Assembly: GCF_041956535.1 (NCBI RefSeq)
Contig: NW_027192194.1
Location: 1,050,976-1,114,975, forward strand
Source: Calcarisporiella thermophila CBS 279.70
Taxonomy: Eukaryota; Fungi; Calcarisporiellomycota
Direction: 5' to 3'
Length of the DNA stretch: 64,000 nucleotides
A program made the translations under genes and the position numbers. Numbering within the stretch: the first letter of the stretch is position 1; each line of letters begins with the position of its first letter. Shown one piece after another: positions 42,701 through 54,726 of this stretch. A model generated the notes under the pieces. The model had not been told where the DNA came from. It saw only the letters and a list, made by a program, of their open reading frames with translations, and made no database searches.

Positions 42701-43599
42701 GCGAGGGGGATGTAATCTTGAAGTCAGCCCGTCACCCTTGTCTGGAAGTACAAGATGACGTCTCGTTTATTCCCAACGACGTCCAGATTGAACGTAATAA
42801 ATCCGAGTTCCAGATTATCACTGGCCCCAATATGGGTGGTAAATCCACCTATATTCGTCAAATTGGGGTAATTGCTCTTATGGCCCAGACTGGATGCTTC
42901 GTCCCGTGCTCGGAGGCATCGCTTTGTGTATTCGACTGCATCCTAGCTCGAGTTGGCGCCGGAGACAGTCAATTGAAAGGAGTATCCACTTTTATGGCCG
43001 AAATGCTGGAAACGGCCACCATCCTGAAGTCTGCAACAGCAAACTCGTTAATTATCATTGATGAGCTCGGTCGCGGAACTAGTACCTATGATGGGTTTGG
43101 GCTCGCCTGGGCCATCTCGGAATACATTGCCACCCAAATTGGCGCAATATGCCTCTTCGCTACCCATTTCCATGAACTAACAACTCTTAACCAAAAAGTA
43201 CCACACGTGCGCAACTTGCATGTGGCAGTCCATGTCCAAGAGGGACGGGAGATCACCCTTTTATATCGCGTGCAAGATGGCGTGTGCGATCAGAGCTTTG
43301 GTATTCATGTGGCAGAGCTTGCAAATTTCCCTGAGACAGTGGTAAAACTGGCAAAACGTAAAGCAAGTGAATTGGAAGATTTCACTGGAGAAGGTGTGCA
43401 GCCCACGAAATGCTCAGCGGAGGAGATCACGGCCGGCGAAGAAGTGATAAAGAAGTGTCTAAGCGACTTCACAAACACTCCCGGATTGGATTCGATGGGG
43501 CATGGGGAGCTATTAGAGGTGGTGCGAAGAGTTAAGCGAAAATATGAGCGAGATATTGGAGAGAGTGCTTATGTGCAGGAGATTTTGGGCGCACTCTAG
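39776..43599 (+). CDS. MSH2: DNA mismatch repair protein Msh2, many exons
   Basis: [86 protein letters not shown]. Confidence 0.97.
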
Positions 43600-43858
43600 A
43601 ACAGCCATTTCATTCATCTTCCCCTCTAACCCTCTTCCTCATCCCCTTTTCATTTTTTTGTACTTCCACCTACTACCCAGTATCCATCCAGTAAAAAGGA
43701 GCTAAATTTTCTTCATACAGGACTCTCAAATATATTAAAAACATTTTTATAACATTTTTGATTTGTACCCGAACTAAGTGATTAAGATTGGATCCCAAAA
43801 TATTTACAAGAAAGGAGAAAAGTAGCTTCGTGCATTCTTCACGTACATTTCGGTACTC

Positions 43859-44834
43859 TCAAAGATCAACTGTAGGTTTGGATTTGAATTTCTTTGCAGA
43901 GCGGTCACCTGCCCGGTAGCAAAACTGGTTCCCGTGCAGTGTGAAAATGGAATCCCGAACTTGAAAAGTGAATTGGTTATTTGCCTTTGGAATACCTGAT
44001 GCATCAAAGATATTAGCAAAGTAAACAAGTGTAGAATGAACAAGTATTAAACAATTACTTTTTAGCTGGTTTTTCTTGGTGATGATTTGGAATATGTTTT
44101 CGGTTTCCTTGACCACGATACCGCTAACACCGAGATAGCTGGGACACTTCGATTTTGAAACTAAAACATAAAAACAAGAAAAACAAGGTTGAGATCTTAG
44201 CTCTTTTTAACCGGAATACAAGCAAACCTGTCAGACAAGCCCCGTGAAAATCCATCTTGACCACCTTTTGTGCAAACGCTTGTGCACCACCTGAGCCATA
44301 AAGCTCCTCTACGTATCCTTTCCACAATTCATGAAGGGGGACAAAGAGATCGTAATTCCTTGCCTCCTTGGGTATTTCATAAATCTTCGTCTTGCGTCGC
44401 TCTTTTGCGGACATTTGAGCTAGAAGGCGTTTATTCTTATTGCGCTGTTTTGTCTCTGAAGCTGATTTGAGTGGATTGTCCAGCATGACAGTTTTGTTGT
44501 GCACCTTGTCGTAATAGTGCTTGTCTTGTCCCATCTGGGAAGGAACTTGCGATTTGACAAAGGAGGGAGCGAATGTACGGGTAAGCGGATCAACGGGAGG
44601 AGGCCCCTAAGTTTAATTATTAGAGTGTTTGGTCATTAATTGCAGCATATTTACATTTTAAATCGGTCAATTACCGCATCAACGATTGCGGGATCACGCT
44701 TTATATAATCTGGGAGCGGGGTATAGAATGAGCTGCCCGAGGGAGTTTCTGCATCTATGAGGAAATCAAACTTAATTCAATTCATCTGTGCTTCCATTTC
44801 ATATAGAGCGGATTTATGTACCTCGATTCGACAT
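43859..44834 (-). CDS. POP4: RNase P/MRP subunit Pop4/Rpp29, multi-exon
   Basis: FVPLHELWKGY, KVVKMDFHGA, SKCPSYLGVSGIVVKETENIFQIIT, LHGNQFCYRAGDRSAKKFK. Confidence 0.88.
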
Positions 44835-45022
44835 TTTGGAGAGAAATTGCTTCTATGCTCAATTGTCTCCGATATTCGAAGGATGAAGTAAACAATCTGA
44901 TACGTCATTAATTTTAATCCACGGGCATATGAAATATCGCCCATATTTGATATGGTGCTTACGCCTTTTGATTTTTTGTTAAATAACTCGAGCGAAAATG
45001 CCCCCTCTTATACCAGTTGAAA

Positions 45023-46410
45023 ATGAGCACTCTTCTCAAAATTAAAAGGCTTCTCACAAAAAGTGGCCAGCCAAATGATTTCAAGCTCAACTCAGTAAGA
45101 AGCATACAATCAAGTGACATCGACGATGTGGAAAAGACTAGATCAACATCTCCGCCAAATGAAGATGCCTCTCACAGAGTCGACATACCTCGAGCAGAGA
45201 GCAGGAAAGAAGACTCTGCTGTCTCTGAGAATCACAGAGAAAGGAATCATGGTGAAACGGAAGGTGAAAATCCTCCCGTGCGCGAGCGCCTCGACGATGC
45301 AAAGATTCGATTTTTACACCCCGCAGGAGTTAAGCGGAAGCATCGCACTGCGCTGGCGATTATAGGCAGAATTGGATTTGTGGCTAAAGGCTTGGTCTAC
45401 GCCATCATTGGCGGGCTCACTTGTGCAACTGCAGTACGCTATAGCATGGCACCTGAAGAGCTGGAAGTATATGATGAATCGCCCCAGGTAAATTTCACAT
45501 CTTCTACTCAATATTGTCCATTAAGGTGGCATAGCAAAAAAGGTGAGATAATAATCTCTTAAGACAGGGAGCTTTTATATTTGTAGGCGGTCTTCCTATT
45601 GGCGTTGCTCTCTTGTGTGTCATGTTTTTAGGTGTGCTCATGTACGCCATTTGGCGGTTTTGGGAGGCATTTACGGGACAAGGGGCAGACGCTAAATTCT
45701 CTCGCAAAAAGATCTTTTTCAGAACACGACTTGCTCCATTCGTGTCGGGATTGGTTTACACCGCATATCTAATCTTTCTCGGGAAGCTCATCATTAATGC
45801 CAAGCAATTTCAGGAGAAATCCAAGGAGGAAAAAACCCAGATTGCATCACAAGGCTGCTTTCCAACTTGTTGGCGAGAGAGTGCCATAGGCATTGTGGGA
45901 TTATTACTTTTCGGCACAGCGTTTGGTATTGCAACTTTGACACAAATTATCAATGCGGTAACCAAACAATGGCATCGCGACCTAGATATGAGTCGCGTGC
46001 CCCGGTGGGTCGCTTTGATGGTATTTGCGGCCGGGCACATTGGATTTGCGGGGCGAGCGGGAGTTTTTCTTTTCACATGCATTCTAATGTTCAAAGCCAT
46101 TTCCACTCCCGTTGACACGAGCCATTCTACGTTTGCGAATGCGCTCAACCAAAGCTTTCAGATCGGTATAGGAGGACAGATAGTGTTGTTCATAGTGGGA
46201 TTTTTTGTGGTTATATATGGAGCATTTGCCGTATCGAACGCCTACTTCAAAATTTTCCCTACCCCTCCCCCTAGCCGACTCCCGGAGAGAGTACGTACCG
46301 AGACCGCCAATGAGTTTGGAGTGGACCCTGAAGACCCCCATGGCCCAAAGGTGGTAGAAAGCCCCAATGCCCAAAACTCCTCCCAAATGCAAGAGAGGAC
46401 GCCTGGCTGA
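45023..46410 (+). CDS. DUF1206-like multi-pass membrane protein (2 exons)
   Basis: Repeated helix-pair motifs IGRIGFVAKGLVYAIIGGL, GVLMYAIWRFWEAF, AGHIGFAGRAGVF and GFFVVIYGAF...YFK, recalling bacterial DUF1206. Intron ~45488-45566. Confidence 0.7.
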
Positions 46411-46837
46411 GCTAGCAAGAGGAATTAGTCAAGAAAATTAAAGAGAAAGAAGAAAATCAGGACTATCTTCGATTTTTATTTATAGGGGAGAGAGCATGGT
46501 TATTTCACACGACATTCCTCTTAAATTATTTTTTCAAGCCTTCATTGGCGAGTATACACATGCGTAGTTTCCAATGTATTATTTGTACCCTTTGTATGTT
46601 ATGTAATGGCTTTGCTTTAGATCTAGAATACTCTATTATTACAGATTTCTTCTCAACAATAACCTAATTGACCGTCGGCTATACCTCAAGGAGGTTAATT
46701 AGAAATTTATAAAAAAGCAATTATACAAAATATACCGCCAAAAATAGTGTATATACAAAAAGTTTAAATAACTGTGAATCTTAATTAAAATATAAGTTTA
46801 AAAATAAATGACAAAGCTGCAAGTATAAAATTAGCAG

Positions 46838-47683
46838 CTAAAGGGTAATTTCCTCCATCTGACCACTTAGCTCCGTCAATGAATCCATCACTGAAGCGCT
46901 ATTCTTTTTCAAATTCTCCCCTTCGCGAGTCTCCTCCATAAAACGCTTGTGCAAATTCGTGCTCATCTCCTCCAGGTGTTCCATTTCTAGTTGCAGCTTA
47001 ACTCGGCGCTCAGTAATTTCGAGGATTTGTTGTTCCAGGCTATTGGTCTTATTGCCGCCTCCCTCTTCGCAAAGGTGGAAGTCATGGTCTATCAAACTTG
47101 TTTCTCCGGTATGAGTGGAATGAATCTCGCTGGTGCTGGAGGTAAACGATGACACAGTGCTTCCACAATCGTCCTCACTAGAGAAGGAAACTCTCCTCAC
47201 CTCGCTGGGCTTTGATGCAGCCGTGGGATTAGGCTCCCCGTACCGAGTACGAACGAGGCGAGAAATTTCTTTGTTTGCGAGGTGCAGAGCCTCTTCAAGT
47301 TCTGAAATGCGCTGATTTTGGCGTGAACGCTCTGCGAGATATTCTTCATTGAGTATAGAGCGATCCTGTTGCACCTGCGTAATTAACCTTTCCTGCCATG
47401 TCTTGAACCGTTCATCCATACTCGAAATTTGCTCCGCCATCCCTCTCATTTCGCTCCGCAACTGTGCGTTTTCATCCTCCAGATCTAATAATTTTTCCTC
47501 ACGCTCTGTGAGCTTTCCCGATATTAAGCCCAAAGTAACGTCCTTCTCTCTGTAAGCGCTATGTAGCTTTATAAGAAAATCCCGTGTGGCCTCAGGATCT
47601 TGTCTCTGCAGAACTGCATTATATTCGTCAGGAGAAATGAGGTCAGCATTGCTAGACGGTGCAGCTTTGCCTACCAGCCTCAT
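46838..47683 (-). CDS. Uncharacterised coiled-coil protein
   Basis: Single open frame of ~281 aa from the ATG at 47683. Heptad-rich E/L/Q/R segments flank an S/T-rich linker with RRVSF. Confidence 0.65.
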   Translation of the reverse strand: MRLVGKAAPSSNADLISPDEYNAVLQRQDPEATRDFLIKLHSAYREKDVTLGLISGKLTEREEKLLDLEDENAQLRSEMRGMAEQISSMDERFKTWQERLITQVQQDRSILNEEYLAERSRQNQRISELEEALHLANKEISRLVRTRYGEPNPTAASKPSEVRRVSFSSEDDCGSTVSSFTSSTSEIHSTHTGETSLIDHDFHLCEEGGGNKTNSLEQQILEITERRVKLQLEMEHLEEMSTNLHKRFMEETREGENLKKNSASVMDSLTELSGQMEEITL

Positions 47684-49214
47684 ATTGGAGAAAGAAAACA
47701 TTATATAGTGGGTTCAAATACAAAAGTCGAAACAAAGGGATATCGCCCGCCTGGAGCAAACCAAAAAAAAAAATTACGAGCAATTGAAAAAAAAAAAGAA
47801 AAGATAACAAGTTTATGAGCCGAGCAGAAAGGAGAATTATTTAGTTGATCTTAGGATGATTTTCAGTTATAATCCCTTTGGTGGAGAGAAGGAAGCTCAA
47901 GAAGACCCACGGCAATAAAAGGGAGAAAGGGAAACAAAATCAGAGAAACATTATTACACTATATTTTGCCCCCTTTGTTTGAAGATCGAACATAAGCAGA
48001 AAAATTAAGGCAATCAGTTTTGAATTGCACTGACTTGGACCGTTAGAGCAAATGATCCCAACCCTCGAGCGATGGTGGCAAATTGTGTTGATGCGGCAGT
48101 TCACCACATTTTCACCCACCCATCTTCCTGAGCATGTTTCGAGTTAGCCCAAAATCAGCTGGCTAGTGCGTATAAGTAGTTGTTGGCGAATCTTGGGTTT
48201 TTCATTTTTTGAAACCTCGGAAGCACGGGCAGCCTAGTTTGAAAGACGGCTGATGGCCACCCTTACATTTCTCCTCTATAAGGCAACCACTGCAATCAAA
48301 ACGTCGTTGTTGTTTCGGGTGGGTTCCTTCTACACAGGATCCCTCTATTCATGAGATTGGCTCTTTAAACGAACACGAAAAATTATCCCACGTAGATTCA
48401 TATATATTAAAGCACAAACTCTACCTACCGCAGCTGATATTTTTGTCGTCCTTTATTCATGCTTCTCCTGGCTTCTAATCTTATTGAAATGAAAGGATTT
48501 TGAAAAAGTACAAGGAAAAGCGGTCGAGTATAAGAGTGAGAGATAACCCTGCCTATCCAGTAATCTGAGATGAGTGAGATGATATATAATCTTTCTTTTA
48601 AAAACGGAATAAAATCTTCTTCAATAACAAAACTTCTGACCTGACCTGTTTAATATACTCTCCTAAGATATCAATTCCCCATCAGTCTGTTTGTCATGAT
48701 ATCAGTGCTGTGGCTAGGTTTTGTGGAATTCATGCTGCGTAGAAGCTATTAATAGAGAGACTTCGGAAGGACACTCTTTATACGCTGTAGAACATGTGTG
48801 GTCTATATTTTTGTAATTGGCAGGATATTAATGACATTGATCGCAACAAGACCACCAGAGTATTCTTTCTCTCTCTATAACCACAATTCAATCTCTCATG
48901 AAAAAGTATATCTAATAAAATCGTTGTGGCCCTTGAGTGAAAATTTTTAAAACGGAGTTGGGGCCGGAATTGTTCCAGCGCCTCATTTTCAAACAGAATA
49001 TGCCTCCTTTTCCTAGTCGTGGATATTGGCATAATACAAGTCGTGTAAAAATGTGTGATAATTAAGGATGATTGCATTGAGTGATGGGAAGGTTTTGGTG
49101 GAGGGTGTTATTCATAATGATACAAAATGCTCTCTTTTCTACTTCTTCTACTAGTGAGATTGAAATCTTGGATATATTTGTCAAAATATAGAATTATATA
49201 TAGGAATATAAGTG

Positions 49215-50121
49215 TCAAGCATAGCAGGTAAGTGACACATCCTTCACGACAGCTTGGATGCCACCCGCTTTATCCCATCGGATTGGTCCGTTAGCCCACT
49301 CTGCTGTCCCTGGTGAATCGCTCCCATCCCATAGTCCAAATTGTAAAAATGCAGGCTGTTCAGGAAAACTGCACTCGTCTTTTCCCCGTTTTTCTACCCC
49401 ACTCTTCTTCTTTTTACACGTTTCTTCGCGAGTCGTCACGCGAATGAGCTTTTCATCTATATACCAAGCTATATACTGTGGCGTTCTCACAATCTTATAT
49501 CGATGGAATCCATCGTGGACGGGAATACCCTCAACGCGGTGCTTTCCGGAATTCACATTATATAAAGGCACGCCTTTGGAGAAAAAGTTCGTCTGAGCCT
49601 CTAAGGGGCGGCCACCCACCCACTCATAGTCTATCTCATCCCCATTGGGGGCCATTAACTAATAGAGTCAAAAAATAGAGTAGAGTAAAGCAAAATAGTT
49701 TTTAGCTCAGTTTACAGAGGGGGTCAAAAGGAGAATGAATACATACAATAAAGGCCGTCACTGCTCCTCCAGGCTCTGCAGTTTTAAGTGTGATCTCTAC
49801 GCTTCCATATTGCAGCATAAACTTTGACTTGAAAGTCGGTCCTCCCCCCACAAATTTGTTATATGGTCCCTCTTCATTCTTTGCAGGCGCATACTTTTTA
49901 GGGGGTGTTAGATGTAATACCAGACCCTCCTTCGTATAGGAATAACGAGCATCGTTCTCCTCGGTGAGGACATCAGTGCCACGAGCCTTGGTAAAATCTA
50001 CGTAGAAGGACTTGCAATTTACTGGCAACTTTGCACCCTTATTAGAGTGTGGAGGTGCGCCAGCTGAGGCGTATATAATAAACAGGCATAGAAAGAAGAA
50101 AAATAAATCTATACGAAGCAT
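49215..50121 (-). CDS. Secreted GH16 glycoside hydrolase/transglycosylase (Crh-like), 2 exons
   Basis: Signal peptide MLRIDLFFFFLCLFIIYASA. Motifs YGSVEITLKTA..GAVTAFI, catalytic DEIDYEW, FHRYKI, WYIDEK, LQFGLWDG and EWANG. Confidence 0.88.
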
Positions 50122-51558
50122 GCTGGGCCTGAACAAAAATAAAACGAAAATCAGAATAAAATATAAAGAGAAACGAGAAAAGAAGCTGGAGAGAAAAGAG
50201 ACAAAAAGAAATACTTCTCTCACTAAGATACATAAACGCAACTCTTGCAAGTTTCCATTTTCACGGTTGAGGAGAATGTTAACGTGCAAATTGCAGGCGC
50301 ACGGTTTACCTGTGCAGTGGCGATCATCTCTCTACTATTGAATCTGCTTGAAAAGAATTTGGCGATCAAAACAACAGGAATTCCAAAAATTTTCTCCATT
50401 AATTTGAGCCAAACGAAGAAGCACCCAGAGCTCTTCTAGAGAATTAAACATATACTCCCAGGAAAATGCTTACTATCGCTTAAAAATTCCCTTATTGGAT
50501 CGTAGGCTGTGCGCTCGTAGAATATGTTCCGCCAAAGTCTCGCTTTCTCTATTTTCTTCGATGCATGGTCAACGCAACCTTGATACTTGAGCTCGCAGGT
50601 ATTTCCGAAAAAGCCAGAGATGAAAGTTAGCCCAATAAAACAAGGTTAATTCGGGACCACCACCTATATTCAATGCTCACAACGTGCTATATTGAGAAAG
50701 ATGAGGGCAGAATGCACTGGAATAACACGAGGAGTGAGGAATACTCATGCTGACTTGTCAAGCTGCCACTATTTGAGGACTGTTTAAAGAATGAGAAATG
50801 GAAAAGGATCAAAAAGGGCCAATATCCTGGCAAGAATTACACTTTCAATTCGGCCAAACTCAATGTGTGGGCAGGCTAGGAATATTGCAATAAGCAGCTC
50901 TTGAGCATTTTGAACTCTGATATTCCAACATATCAAAAGACGATCTAACAATGAAATTATAATATACCTTTTGAGGGGATTTCTTCGTTAATAAACTGTG
51001 GAGATTTTAACTGTCTAATTGGCATCAAGTTTCTCAGAAAGAACTCAAATCTGGCCTCCCAGGGTAAAATAAGCAATCTAATATAGCTTTATATTATGAT
51101 GATTTTTTTATAATTAACGATCGATATAATGACCAAGTATGATATTTTGGCATCACCAGTGTCAAATACAAAGTTGATTGAAAATTTTCTCATTTCACAT
51201 CTGCAATGTGTGTCTATTTTCAGGTGAAGAAAAATTATAGTCGATATTGCTCTGTGCTGACAATGGCCCGCGTGGAACTTAATGATTCATCTATATATCG
51301 GTACTTGTGACTGTTTAAGATTCACGAAATCTAGTTCCAGAGCGATATTTCCTCTTTAAAATATTCTGTACTCTTGCCTACATACCCCTTTGGCTTAATT
51401 ACGATGTATTAAGCTGGCATATTTTTTCACTAATCAATTATAATGCGCCATTTTCTTTCCAACATCTTATTGTTTGCTAGCTTTTCACTGCAGCGCACTT
51501 TTTGTTGCACTTGATTTCACTAATTTGAGAGGATTCGATTGAAATACAAAATATAGAG

Positions 51559-51566
51559 TGACGTCA
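51559..51566. promoter_or_regulatory. CRE/ATF palindrome upstream of NDUFS2
   Basis: TGACGTCA about 90 bp before the ATG. Confidence 0.4.
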
Positions 51567-51654
51567 TCCCCTGTATTTTGGTATCGAAACTACCCCCCCT
51601 CACTGTACACTTTGTGAGTTGAATTCCTACACTTAGATTCCAACCACATCTAAA

Positions 51655-53259
51655 ATGTCGTTGGCTGCGCGATTATTCTCACGTCGCATCTTGTCGTCTC
51701 GGGTCTTCACCCCAAAGCGCACTTCATTGCGCATTCCTTCCCTCCTCTCCCGAGGCATGGCTACTGAAGCGACTTCTTCGATGCAGCTTCTCGAGGATGA
51801 AAAGCACCACACCGAATCTGAATCCGGCACCATTTCACGCCATTTCACAGTCAATTTTGGTATGTCCGATCAGCTAGTGTCAAGATCTATATTGATATTT
51901 CTCGATTCCTTGTTCCTAAATTATTTATATTTTTGAGTCTAAATATTTATACATTTGATGTATTAATTTTTTTTCTCTTCACGTTTAGGCCCTCAGCATC
52001 CTGCTGCCCACGGTGTGCTTCGGCTGATTCTCGAGCTCGAAGGTGAGGAGATCATCCGCGCTGATCCTCATATTGGTCTGCTTCATCGTGGCACGGAGAA
52101 GCTTATCGAGTACAAGACCTATGTGCAAGCTCTTCCTTATTTCGATCGCCTCGACTACTGCTCCATGATGACAAACGAGCAGGCATACTCCCTTGCGGTT
52201 GAGAAGTTGCTGAACATTGATATCCCCATCAGAGCTAAATTCATCCGCACGATGTTTGCGGAGATCACTCGAATCTTGAATCATAACATGGCTGTGATGA
52301 CGCATATCATGGGTAACAATACGATATTCTGCAATAGAGTATGCGGTGTGTTCTGACATTATTTCCACCATTTAGACGTTGGTGCCTTGACCCCTTTCCT
52401 TTGGATGTTCGAGGAGCGTGAGAAGGTATGGTTGCGTCTATTACTATGCTATTTTTTTTTCGTTTTCCTCATTCCATACTCCACTTCAACATAGCTAATG
52501 GAATTTTATGAGCGTGTGTCTGGTGCTCGTATGCATGCTGCCTGGGTTCGTCCTGGTGGGGTTGCTTCCGATCTTCCTCTTGGACTACTTGATGATATCT
52601 ACGCCTGGGCGCAGCAGTTTGGCGATCGTATCGACGAAGTTGAAGAGGTTGTCACCGCAAACCGTATCTGGAAGGCACGTACGGTCGGAATCGGCAAGGT
52701 TACCGCCCAGAAGGCTTTAGATTGGGGATTCACTGGGGTGATGCTGCGTGGCTCAGGTGTGGCCTGGGATTTGCGCAAGACGCAGCCTTATGACGCCTAC
52801 GACCAGGTAGAGTTTGATGTCCCAGTTGGAACCAACGGTGATTGCTATGACCGCTACCTGTGCCGTGTAGAGGAGATGCGCCAATCCCTGCGTATCATTC
52901 AACAGTGTTTGAACAAGATGCCTCCTGGCCCAGTCAAGGTTGACGACTGGAAGATTTCCCCTCCTCCCCGAGCCGCGATGAAGCATGACATGGAGGCCCT
53001 CATCCACCACTTCAAGCTCTTCTCAGAAGGATACTCCCCCGCCGCCGGTGAGACATACACGGTTATCGAGGCACCAAAGGGTGAATTTGGTGTGTATCTC
53101 GTTTCGGATGGAACCAACCGCCCCTACCGATGCAAAATCCGCCCCCCTTGCTATGTGCATCTGTCGGGCGTAGATTTCATGGCACGCGGCCACCAGCTCG
53201 CAGACATGGTTGCAATTATCGGCACATGTGATGTTGTGTTCGGCGAGGTGGATCGTTAG
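51655..53259 (+). CDS. NDUFS2: NADH:ubiquinone oxidoreductase 49-kDa subunit, multi-exon
   Basis: Mitochondrial presequence. Motifs [45 protein letters not shown] and terminal DVVFGEVDR. Confidence 0.97.
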
Positions 53260-53613
53260 AAATGGATGTGTTTTTTTTTTTTGTTTTTATATAATTCTTC
53301 TTTTTCTTCTCCCTCTTCTCCTTTCTTCTTTTCTTTTTATTGTTCGTTTCATTATCCTCAAACGATCGAAAACTGATTCTTAAATAGAATAAATATTCCA
53401 TGACTCTGATACATTTATCCAACTGAACCCGAGTTTTTTGCCAACTTACAATGTCTTGCTAATGATGGGTATGAAGGGGAGAGGAAATTTGATAAAAACA
53501 ATTCTCCCTTTCGCAAGGAAAAAAAAAATGGATGATATTAATAAAATGATATAAGCGAAGGAATGTCTACAAGTAAAGGATTGGTATATACACGAAGAAA
53601 ACATGCGTAGCCT

Positions 53614-54099
53614 CTAAGTAAAATGTAACAGCACACCAATCACCATGCTGGCCATCCCTATCAATACCTGCATCCCTCTGCTTCTCTTATTATCGGTTGA
53701 TGCAGCATAGATACCCTCATTCGGCCGCAGGACTATTACCTGGGTTGGGGTGGTTGTACTCTGGAGAAGCGAGCTGTTGAATCCCGATGTATGATGCAAA
53801 GATGGCAGAGAGCGGCAGGGATCGCATTCTTTGTCTTTCTCCCGATCTTCATCGTCACTTAGTAGATACGACTTTATGTAGTCAAGACGTGGAAGAGATG
53901 GCTGGTCACCGTTTTCGATGGGTGGAGCACCTGGATCAGAGACGCGTTGGCGTAAAAAAAAGAGATCGTCCCTGCACCGGTCGGGACAGTGAGATGGCGA
54001 CAAACTAGATTCTAAAGCATCGAGGTATGAGTTTACACCGTTTAAGCCGAGAGATAAACTAGAGCTTACCTTTGATTTCGATGGCATTGACCATTGCAT
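53614..54099 (-). CDS. Hypothetical protein with a C-terminal TM helix (tail-anchored); 5' end uncertain
   Basis: 161-aa ORF ending in KRSRGMQVLIGMASMVIGVLLHFT. No recognisable family. Confidence 0.5.
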   Translation of the reverse strand: MQWSMPSKSKVSSSLSLGLNGVNSYLDALESSLSPSHCPDRCRDDLFFLRQRVSDPGAPPIENGDQPSLPRLDYIKSYLLSDDEDREKDKECDPCRSLPSLHHTSGFNSSLLQSTTTPTQVIVLRPNEGIYAASTDNKRSRGMQVLIGMASMVIGVLLHFT

Positions 54100-54726
54100 C
54101 TCTTTCTATAGTTGGGGAGCAAATGGACACCAGAAGCATTAAGGAGAATACCCAAGACACGACGCAGAAGATATGCATATGATACGGAAGGACGGGCTGT
54201 ATTTCATATGAGACCAAGAGCAAAAATGACGTGAATTGAGATAGGCTGGCCGGAGGTAAAATGGAATTAATAGCGAAGGATAAAAATAAAATGTAGCGGA
54301 ACTAAGTTATGGTTTAGTTTGCTTCAAATCCGAGTCCGAAAAGCTGGAAATACATTTTTGGGTTCAGAGGGAAGCCGAAAGCCCAACGGCAATGATCTTG
54401 ACACCCGAGTTTTCTTTCGAACTTTGAACTTTTCCAAGGTGGGACAATCCTCGTGAATCTTGCGTGCGAACAAGTCTACTAGCGAATAGAGACTAAATCC
54501 ACTTCAAAGCGTGAAGGAAACACGGGAAAAGGGCAGGAGTAAACCCTCATGTCCATAACATTGGTAAACTTGTATTCAGGATCTGGATTAAGAATAAAAG
54601 GGCTGCAAGAAAAAGGGGACGGACACAATAATAAAAACTTAGTAGATGATAATTGAGGTGATATATAAACTACTTCGACCATTATTACTAGCAATAATAA
54701 TGAGGCTAATAACAAAATAAGCTTGC

